From NCBI GenBank assembly GCA_964016885.1, contig OZ024742.1:237522001-237586000 (forward strand): DNA of 64,000 nucleotides. Direction: 5' to 3'. Below, piece after piece: positions 53,808 to 64,000 of this stretch. Source of the stretch: Eledone cirrhosa (lineage: Eukaryota). The position numbers were made by a program, and so were the translations under genes. The notes below the pieces were generated by a model, which saw only the letters and a list, made by a program, of their open reading frames with translations, did not search any database and was not told where the DNA came from. Positions within the stretch are counted from its first letter, which is position 1; every line of letters starts with the position of its first letter.

Positions 53808-56800
53808 CACAAGAACAAGAATGAAGGGTTCATTCTACTGACATGGCTTTAAAAATGAGGCTTGTTTGCATAATTGCAAACGAATCGAATGTTATTATTA
53901 ATATTCGAAAAACTCAGATTATATTTATTGTATTCAGCCATGTAGAGCGAAAAGAATTTTTTTTTACCTTATATATATATATTCATATATTATTTCACCC
54001 AAAGTGTAAGCACCATTAATTTGAAGCCTTTCTTTCAATATCAAGTTTAACAATACTAACTTTGATTATCGAATCAAGAAGATTATATTACCTTTATCTA
54101 TAATTCCTATTTAATCATGTAACATTCCATTCTTTGACCCATTTGATCCTGTAAAGAAGTTTGTAACTGTAATAAACTTAAGCCTTCTTACAAACATGAA
54201 CTTACGTTATTTTTGCTAAATCGAAATACTTCTAGTTCATTCATAATCGTTCGTCTATAAACGGATGCCACTTGGTTTTCATTAAAGTTCACATATACAT
54301 CTTGTAACATACACAGTTCTCACAGATTCGGTTAAATGTACTAGACCATACATGCACCTTGTAACATTTTCCAAACCTCTCATCAATTTGGCATATACTG
54401 CAGAAAGGTGAAGGTTCATATTTGAAATATATATATAGTAGATAAATACCTATCTGTACAGAAGCAATATGTGATTTAACAGAAGCGTCGAGAAATAAGT
54501 ATGTAAACACGCATTTACGTATATAAACATGTCTTGTTTGATTCCGTAATGTCAGAAGGAAAATGTTGAGCTATCAAATATAGTTTATTCAACAACATTT
54601 GTACCCAATTAGTTAATATCTATTGTGTGACTTTTTGTTGAAAATGGAGAAGGCTAAAAGATAAAAGTGCGAGTATTCCAGTGATTATTTTAATGTGTAG
54701 TTGACCCCAGTTTGATAGTTCTAAATGTAATTTGTGCAGTAAGTTTACATTTTGTGTCAAACACTACATGCGCTTTCTTGGTAAAGAAAGACTTAAAGCA
54801 ATCATCAAATGTTAAAAATAGCCATTTCTCCGACTCAGAGAATATCAAACACTGAATCATGGCACCTACTTCAAAGATTTGAGCAGTTCTAAAATTTCCT
54901 ATAAATTAGAATCTATTCAAAGCAGAGTAAGATTTCACTGAAGCTGCAAAAGCACACACATTTTTATATGTAAACATGTAAACATATCTTATTTATCCTG
55001 AGACTGAAAAAGCTGGAAAGCTTGACCAGATTTTCGATTCTCGTTATGATTAAAGCTGTGTAGACCTCATTACGATCTACGAAGAAAAAATTACGCGCGC
55101 GCGCACACACACGACTATCAACAATACGTGTTTTCTTTATCATTTTTTATTCATTTTCCTTTTTTCTCGCATCTGTCTTCCTTTTTCCTTTCTCTTCCAA
55201 ACATTCTTTCTTCTCCGTGTGTCTATCTTCAGATGAAGGACTACCGTCCAAAATGTTAGTATTTTTTTCTAACACGTTATAAGCGTTATACTAATATACC
55301 ATTATTGTAATGTGTTGTTCACTGGTTCTGTTTTCATCATGTTTGGACTTATATTGGTTGTCTACATCGGTAACCGTTAATAAAAATATTCTTTTGTCCT
55401 TTCAAAAATCGATAATTCAAATTCAACCATATTCTGCTAGAAGGGACGTTATCTCCTCTGTAATTCTTTCTTCCTTCTCCCGTCCTCAACACTTCCACCT
55501 CATCACTACACCCCACCACTCTCTCCACTTCTACCCTCTCACCAAAACCCATTTCCTATTCAATTATTAAATACATTATGAATTTAATGAGACATTGAAA
55601 AAATTAATTTGCATTTAATAAAATTAATTAGACAAAACACCGCGAGGGAACCTCTATGCGGTTGCTAGACATGCTAAAAATAGCAGCCCTTAGATTTCAA
55701 ATAAGAAAACGAGACTTTGAATAATGTCCTAGAGAAAAAAAACCCAGAAAGGATTCGATTGTCAGATAAGACCATAGAAACAATGTTTCGATAATCTTTC
55801 CATTGCTGATATAATCTGCCGGTTGCAACTGTCAGTGCAAGCAACGTGAAATAATGTATTTTGCTCAAAAATAGACCCCACACCCAGTCCAGGAATTCAA
55901 TCCATAACCTTGTGAGGCTGTCACCCTAAACACTAGGTCACGTTCATTCAGGTATCTCTAAAAAGACGACATGTTCATAATCGGAACACCTTTCATCATA
56001 GGTTTGCTCAATCAGTGTTGATCTGTGTGGGTGGATTAAACCAAAAAAAAACAATAAAAAATTCATTTTTCTACTAGTAAAACTAACCTGGGCCTCCCTG
56101 ATTTAATTAATAGTGTATAACAATAAAGAGCTATAGAAGCAGAAGATCACAACGTCTGGTGGTAGTTGTAGTGATGGTAGGAATACTTGAATGTATCGAT
56201 CTCAGTATTTGACTGGTACTATATTTTATCAACTCATGCAGGGTGAAATGCGAACATGATCTCAGCGGTATTTGAACTCATAACGTAAACTACTGGAACA
56301 AATGCTTTGAGGCATTTTGGTCGATACTCTGACGATACCACGAATCCGATATTGGTTTCTTATATAGACACAAGGGCAGCAATTTTGGGGGAGGGGAAAG
56401 TCGATTAAATCGACATCAGTGCGTGACTGGTACTTTATTTTATCGACCCCGCAAGGATGAAAGGCAAAGTTAACCTCGGTGGGATTTGAACATCTACCAG
56501 TATAATATTGATATGTATTTTATCGACACGAGATGAACGAAAGTCAAAATTGGCAAGAATTGAATGGACGTATATATGACATTCTGATTACTGTAAACGG
56601 CATTAACACTTTCATTACCATATTTCTAATAACAGACTCTGTTCGCTTCTATTAAATTTGATTATAATCTACAATTTTGAGGGATTTAGAAAATAAAGTT
56701 TTCGTTATGAAGCTGGTGTTAGAACATAACAACATTTATTAAATAAAATGATGATGGAAGGTTTTCAGATAAATATAAACAATTTAGAATAAACATATAG

Positions 56801-57819
56801 TATTATAGAACGGGTGGGGTGCAGGTCAGACAGCCTGGTATCAAAAAGCTTAAAGTCACTCTATTTTGATTGGTCTGTTCAAGTCTTTTTCACGAATGAG
56901 AAGAAATGAAAATAGGAACTACTCTCTGCCTGCCACATTTGGCTATGGTAAGAACGCTACCATTTGAATTTGTGAATCCATATTTATTTCATCTTATTTT
57001 TCACCGTTTTGCGTAGCTCGGTGTTAGAGTTTATAGTTAGCAACCAGGAGTTTAATTCCCGGTGGCATGTTATGTTCTTGAGCAAAACCACGTATTTCAT
57101 GTTGTTCCAATCCATTCAGCAGGAAGGGATGAACTGCACCAGTAATTCAAAGAGCCAGTCATGTCACACGTTGCGTCAAGTTGAATCTCCCTGATAACTC
57201 TGTTAAGTACGCACGTGTGTGTCGAACACTCAGTCATTTGCAAGTAAATTCTACAAGCAGGCTGTTCTGTTGTTTGAACAACTACAACATTCGTTGTTGG
57301 CACCGACAATGATCCAACACCAATGACGTATTACTTTTTAAGTACGAGGATAATAAAAAAAAATAACTGAGCACATTAATTTCTCTTTCATAGTGAACGT
57401 AGTAGCCGCTTTGAACGCTCGTTTGAGCTATATCATTGGAGTTTTATAAGCCAGTTCAAGAGAATGCTATTAAAATATATTTGAATGATTTTACAGGATA
57501 TTCATAACCTCCGAAATAAACTAGGTGGAAATGGTTTTAACATTGACAATGGATGCCTGTTCCATCAGAACATCCATTACATTATTGCTTTGGTCATTCA
57601 TATGGAAATAAAACATTTTATTGCTTTTGATACATACATACAGACACACAAAGAAAAACCCTCCACGCATATATGTGAATATGTGTTTGTTCATGTGTGT
57701 ATGTGTATTCGCATATACATGTATGTACATTTATACATATATGCATGATTTCGAGTGTATAGGCACCCCCTCATATATATCTATATCTATATTTATATCT
57801 ATATCTATATACATATCAA

Positions 57820-58531
57820 ATCCAGAACGTATGACTGCTATTGTTGGCAGAGAATTGAGCAGGTATAATATTGATATAGTTGCACTCTCTGAAACCTGTA
57901 GAAGATCATTTATCAGAGAGAGGTGCTGGCTATACGTTCTTCTGGAAAGGGAAATCAAATGCGCAAAAAAAGGACTGGAGGAGTAGGTTTCGCTGTCCGG
58001 ACAGAGATAACAAAACGACTGGAGCGACCACAAGGCATAAATGATCGAATTATGTATATAACAATTTCTCTTTCAATGGGACGTTTCATGACTGTCATTC
58101 CAGTGTATGTCCCTACCCTGCATAGTAGCCAGGAACCAATAATAGCTTTTTATCGAGATTTATGAAGGTGTATAACATTAATTCCACATTCGAACAATAT
58201 CTTGCTTCTTGGAGATTTTAATGCACGTGTGGGATAGGACAACGACATTTGGGATAGGACAACCACATTTGGAGTGTTTTAGGACATCACGGCATGGGCA
58301 AGATGAATGCCAATGATCTCCTCCTTTTGCAATTATGCACTGAGTTTGAGCTGTTCGTATGCAATACATTTTTTCAGAAAAAGGAGATCCACAAGGCAAC
58401 ATAGATACACCCAAGATCGAAACATGGACACATCTTATATTATATCATTACCAGTACATCTGCACTGTAAGAGTAATGCGTGGTGCAGAATGTGGTTCAG
58501 ATCACAACCTTGTGCGTGGCAAAATGAAGGT
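57820..58531 (+). mobile_element. RTE-clade LINE 5' part (APE endonuclease), pseudogene
   Basis: ERMTAIVGRELSRYNIDIVALSET, GVGFAV, INDRIM, VYVPTL, LLGDFNARVG, RGAECGSDHNLV. Confidence 0.88.
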
Positions 58532-58628
58532 GCCTGCCTCCACTAATGTTATTGAAAAACAACAACAACAACAAAACCCAATGACTGTATCTTCCTCTAC
58601 CATTGTTACTGAACAACGGTAAAAACCT

Positions 58629-59510
58629 ATGACACTGGCTTCTACTGCTATCCCTGTGGGAGAACATCATAAGCAACAACAACCCATGTCTTCCGCTCCC
58701 AGTACATCTGCGACTGTGTCTTCCCCTACCATTCGCGCGGAGGAACATCATCATCACCAACAACAACAGCAACAGCAGCAACAACCTGCGACTGTGTCTT
58801 CCCCTACCCTTCCCGTGGAGGAACATCATCATCATCACCAACAACAACAACAACAGCAACAGCAGCAACAACAACAACAACAACCGACCAGTACAGAATT
58901 GCAACTAATGATTTCTGCTTTAAGAAGGGAAGTAACAGGAATAAAGGCAAGCATTCGGGTAGGACCCCACAATGAGGAGTCTTATCGGAATGCGTTGCTA
59001 AAGAATCTCCCTGTACCTCTTGCCGTATCTGGCCACACTGAAAAGACTGCGGAATCTGCTACCCATGAAGTGATTGCCATTGGGGTACCAGAGGACAAGG
59101 CTGATCTTCAGGCATTTGCTGCCAGCTCAGCCAAAGACCTAGGCAGTGTTCCCCTAAAGGGTGCTCTCCGCCTTGGTCGACCTGGTCCAAAACCCAGACT
59201 CATCAGGCTGTCTTTTTCGGACCCCGCTGAGGCAACCTCATACCATCTGGCCTCTGTTAAAGCTGGGCGTGAAAATCGGATTACCTTTCGAACACGCCCA
59301 GGCCTACCACCCATGTACGTCCAAAGCTCCGTGCTGCAGCTTCCTTGAATCGGAACTCAGCACAACATGAAAGTTTTAGTCTGCGTGATGATGGGCAGAT
59401 CTGGAGGTTTGTCAAGGCTGATGAAACGTGGAAGAGAGATACCAGCTGGTCTGAGTGTGATCTACCCACAATAACTGGCAATGTAAAAACTGCTACAACT
59501 CTGGGAAACT
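58629..59510 (+). pseudogene. CR1 ORF1 remnant with His/Gln tandem repeats
   Basis: Repeats ATVSSPT..EEHHHHQQQQ followed by a CR1 ORF1-like RLG..KPRL motif. Confidence 0.65.
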
Positions 59511-59568
59511 AAACCAGAACAACCTGCCACCCTCTACACACCATCATAAACTGCGAGCAGGGTACAAA

Positions 59569-62471
59569 TTGCTGTCCTTAAATGCTCGCAGTTTATGCAA
59601 CAAGATACATCTGTTCGAATCCTACGTTAGAAGCATCGACCCTGACTTCATCACAGTCACAGAAACATGGGCACATTCCTTACTCTGTGATGGGGTTTTC
59701 AGCATTACTGGGTACAACCTTTTCCGCAAGGACCGCATTAATCGCCGTGGTGATGGTGTGAGGGTCTACGTTCGTTCAAACTTTTCGGTAATTCCTTGCG
59801 TTGATTTGAACGAATCACAGGAAGAAGTTTTTTTCTGTGACATACGTATGACCATGTCAACACTTCTGTTGTTTATCGCCCCCCAAACTACCATCAGGAC
59901 ACACAGCTTTGCGATATCCTCAGAGTTGCTGCCAAGAAAACAGCCACTTATGTGTTTATTGCAGGTGACTTCAATCATCCTGAGATCGATTGGGAAACCT
60001 TTCATTGGCCACAAGGTTCAAACGATTTCCTTGAACTAGTGCTGGACTCAAACTGGTCACAAGTAGTCACCTCTCCAACAAGAGGTGACAACACTTTGGA
60101 CCTGATCTTCACCACTACTCCTGAAGTGGTTATCAGTTGTACTACTGAGGAACCTCTAGGCGACTCTGATCATGCTATGATCATTGCCAATCTGGCACTT
60201 GAGGGCAGCAACAAAAACCAGAGCCATCTCCAATCTGCTTGCTTTGATTAGAAGAGGGCGGATTGGAACTTGTACTGCACTGAGCTACAGCGCCCAAACT
60301 GGCATGAGATGTATAACTCTGGAGATGTGAACACTATACTCCAGAGCATCCTGGACTCAATATGGATAACGTGTGCAGCATCGGTGCCACGTAAGCGGAA
60401 AAATAACCACCCCAAAAGTGCAATTTGGGAAACTTCAGCAGTCCGACTTGCCAGGAAAGAACGTCGGAACGCTGAACGGGAATATAAACTGCATAAATCA
60501 GATGCCAACAGAAAAAAAGCGGAATAAATCTTCTAACCATCTCAAGCAAGTGACAAATAAGGCAGTGCTTGAATTTGAACAGTGCATAGCAACCAATCCT
60601 GACAGTAAGGTGTTCTGGAAATATGTTCATTCAAAGCTGAGACCTCACTCTCCAGTTGGTCCTCTTCGCAATCCCCACACAAGCCAGATCACTGACGATC
60701 CCAAAGAATGTGCAGAACTCATTGCTGAGTGCTATGCAAGTATTTTTACTGTTGAAAACCAGAATGTACCATCTCCACCATCTCTAACATCAAATTCCAT
60801 AACAACTATGGAATTTACACCTGCAATGCTGCGACGTCACCTTAAGAATAAGCGCAACTATGCCTCCCCTGGTCTTGATGGTGTGACATACCTGCTTCTC
60901 AAACGTGGCGGGTATTTCCTTTTGCGCCAGCTTTCTTTCTTCTTTCAATACTGTCTCAACAATGGTGCTTCTCCGGAGCAGTGGAAAACTGCCAATGTCA
61001 TTCCCCTGTTCAAAAAGGACAACCGCATGTCACCTGTCAACTATCGTCCAGTCAGTCTTACTAGCTGTATGGCCAAACTGATGGAATCCTGTGTCAGAGA
61101 AACACTTTGGAACTTCTGGAGCTCTCACAGCCTCATCCGGCCCTCACAGTTTGGATTTATCCCTAACTCCAGCTGCTGTGATCAGCTTATCGAGTTCCTT
61201 GAAGACATCACCCGGATCACTGACAGCGGCTCATGGGTGGATGTTGTTTACCTTGACTTTGCTAAGGCTTTTAATTCTGTGCCACACAAAAGACTTATGG
61301 CAAAACTCTCTGCAATGGGTGTGAGGGATGATCTTTTCGACTGGTTGAAATCCTTCATTCTCAGCCGAAAAGAAGTAGTCACGGTTCTAGGACAGCATTC
61401 TTCACCATATGAGATGTCATCTGGTGTACCACAGGGATCTGTTCTTGGTCCCCTTTTGTTTGTGGCATATATTAATGACATAGATGCCAACCTACAGAAT
61501 GCCACGGTACTGAAATATGCAGATGACATCAAGCTGTACCTTGAAATCAAAAGGACTGATCCTGAAATTGACAACTCTTTCCTACAATCAGACCTAGACA
61601 CAATGCAGCAATGGATCACAGACTGGCAATTGAAGCTGGCTGTGGACAAGTGTACCACCATGCATTTTGGAAGGAAAAATCCAGCGTCCACATACTCTCT
61701 CCACAACACTGATATCAAGAAGTCCTCTTATGAACGTGACCTGGGCATTACTGTCAGCAGCGATTTGCGTTGGACAAAGCATGTCTCTAAGATTGTCAAG
61801 AAGGCCGGAGGTGTCTTGGCATCACTCAGCAAGAGCTTTGTTAGCCTCTCTCCAGCCATCTATATAAAACTGTATACAGCTATGGTGCGACCACACTTGG
61901 AATTCGCATCATCAGTCTGGAACCCCTATCTTGCTCGGAACATTGACCTCCTGGAAACTGTTCAGAGACGTGCAACCAAGCGCATACCCTCCATCAGACA
62001 CCTACCATACTCTGAACGCCTTGCTTCCCTGGGCATGGATTCATTGAAGCTCCGACGTCTGGCAATGGACTTGGTAAACACCCACAAAGTTATTAACCAT
62101 CTCGTCAATTGCAACCCTGAGCACCTTTTTGATCTCCATGTGTCTAACACACGTGGACATGCCTACAAAATCAGAAAACAGCACAGCTCCCATGACTTTC
62201 GTAGACATTTTTTCACGCTCAGAGTTGCTGAAGCATGGAACAAACTGCCTGCGTCAGTTGTTAGCTGCCGAGACACTGCATCCTTTAAGACACTCATGCT
62301 TCCCGAAATACGCCAAAACTACACCCGATGTACCCCTTCCATACACATGCACACATGTGTGTATCATGACTCGTGCACTGTTCATTTTACTGATGTTTGT
62401 GCATTGCCCTATGTACTGTACATGCACTTTTTTGATGAGTTGTGGTGTACCTGGGCACTGTATACAATATT

Positions 62472-62504
<33 letters not shown>

Positions 62505-62583
62505 CATGACTCATACACTGTTCATTTTCCTGACATTTGTACATTATTCTATGTACTATACATGCACCTTTGATGAGTTGTAG
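59569..62583 (+). pseudogene. CR1 ORF2 (APE + RT); RT half open 60373-62583
   Basis: NYRPVSLTS, QFGF, YLDFAKAF, SGVPQGSVLGPLLF, YADDIK, ERDLGI, VRPHLEF, VQRRATK, TRGH. Frameshifts in the APE region. Confidence 0.92.
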
Positions 62584-62610
62584 TGCACCTGAGCACTGTA
62601 CACAATAATT

Positions 62611-62645
<35 letters not shown>

Positions 62646-62647
<2 letters not shown>

Positions 62648-64000
62648 CAGAAAAAAATTGCGAACAGAAAAAATTGCCAAAACGTATAGATGTGTCAAAG
62701 CTGCAAAGTGTAGAAATGTGAGATGCTCTTCAAAATGGACTTGACAATGTCGTCTTTGATGGAACTTGAGAACAGTTTAAAACACAGGTTTACAGTGGTG
62801 GGGTTGATGTATTTGCTCTTAAGAAGACAAAATACAGAAACTGGTTCGATGACAATGATGCTGCAATCACCATGCTCATTGACGAAAAGAACAAGCTGTT
62901 GTAGAGAGTCAAGTGAAGACCACTTTTGAGAAAGCTTTCAAAGAAGAAAAATCAAAGCTGTAATGTAAAACACGAAAGATAAAGAACAACTGGTGATCTG
63001 AAATTTCAGCAGAGATGCAGAGGGCTTATAACTGCAAATATGTGAAGGCAATATGCAGCACAATAAAGCAATTTTGTTATCCACAACCCTAAAAAATGGC
63101 ATAATTAAAATAAAAAGATGGGAACGTCCTCATCAAAGATCTAGCAGGTATCATAAGTCGGTGGACTGAACACTTTAAAGATCTATTTGACAACCCATCT
63201 GTAGTTGAAGAGGAAATTATAAATGGACTGCCGCAAAAGGAGACTCTAACAGAGATGGTGAATAATCTGACCTTTGATGAGATAAGGTCAATTATCAAAG
63301 AGATAAACATAGGGAAAGCTCCAGGTTTGAATGGGATACCTGTTAAGTTGATTAGCTTTGAAGGAGACAATGTTGCTATGGCCATTCATGGGCTAGTCTT
63401 ATCTGTATGGCATGGCATAGCGAGCCTGTCCCGCAAGACTGGGCAGATGTAATTTTGATCTCGATTTACAAGGGCAAGAGGTCCAAGTCGGAATGCGGTG
63501 ATTATCGTGGTGTAAGTCTGTTCGAATCGATAGAAAAAGTGTTATCCGAGATCTTGCTGAATTGTTTAATAAAATGGATCAGCCCTGGTGCCATCCCTGA
63601 GACCCAGTGTGGATTCAGAGCTGGCTGGGGTACTATGAACATGATTTTCTCAGCCTTATCGAGAACTACGTTGAGCAGCAAGTGCCACTAAACCAAATAT
63701 TTGTGGACCTCATACTGGACTTGATACTGTTAATCGTAGTGCATTGTGGGTCATATTGGGGAAACTTGGATGCCTTCATGAGTTTGTTTGGATATTCAGA
63801 AAACTCCATTAAAATATGAAAGCAAAAGTGAACTTCAATTGGACACTTTCAGAGCCAATTTAGGTGGAAAAGGTGTCAAGAAAGGTGACATATCTGCACC
63901 CACTCTGTTACCCATTTACTTTGCCGTACTACTGACATATGCCTTCCAAGACTTCGATATCGATGCATACTTGCGAAATCATTAATCTAAGATGGTTTAA
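62646..64000 (+). mobile_element. RTE-clade LINE continuation (RT), pseudogene
   Basis: KLPKRIDVSKL, RWTEHF, GKAPGLNGIP, VPQDW.D, YRGVSL, PETQCGFR, GVKKGD..APTL. Confidence 0.88.

Larger units (their letters stand above)
58532..62645 (+). mobile_element. CR1-clade LINE nested in RTE
   Basis: ORF1 remnant (RLGRPGPKPRLIRL), APE (SLNARSL.NK, ITVTETW, AGDFNHP, PTRGDNTLDL, SDH), RT; (ATT)n tail. Confidence 0.92.

Noticed and set aside
54690-54900. ~68-codon minus-strand open frame after a possible acceptor
   Set aside because: No recognisable homology or donor site; cannot be supported.

Overview
Repeat-saturated, AT-rich eukaryotic (metazoan) window. The microsatellite load and SINE families look like a coleoid cephalopod (Octopus-like); that is inference only. 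No host gene is securely identified, and most ORF-track entries are microsatellite artefacts. Contents: a decayed autonomous Helitron and a non-autonomous Helitron; a near-intact Penelope-like element (PLE; RT + C-terminal GIY-YIG) with an Asn-rich insert; a rearranged second PLE; Tx1/L1, RTE, CR1 and CRE LINE remnants (one CR1 nested in an RTE); hAT and mariner-type MITEs; many tRNA-derived SINEs. The main signal is a set of hand-folded type I hammerhead ribozyme (HHR) motifs from at least six unrelated sequence families. Most lie in short, non-coding, (TA)n-embedded inserts, and four inserts are large inverted repeats with an HHR on each strand. One HHR shows the compensatory U3-A8 core variant. 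All folds and alignments were done by eye; no searches were run.
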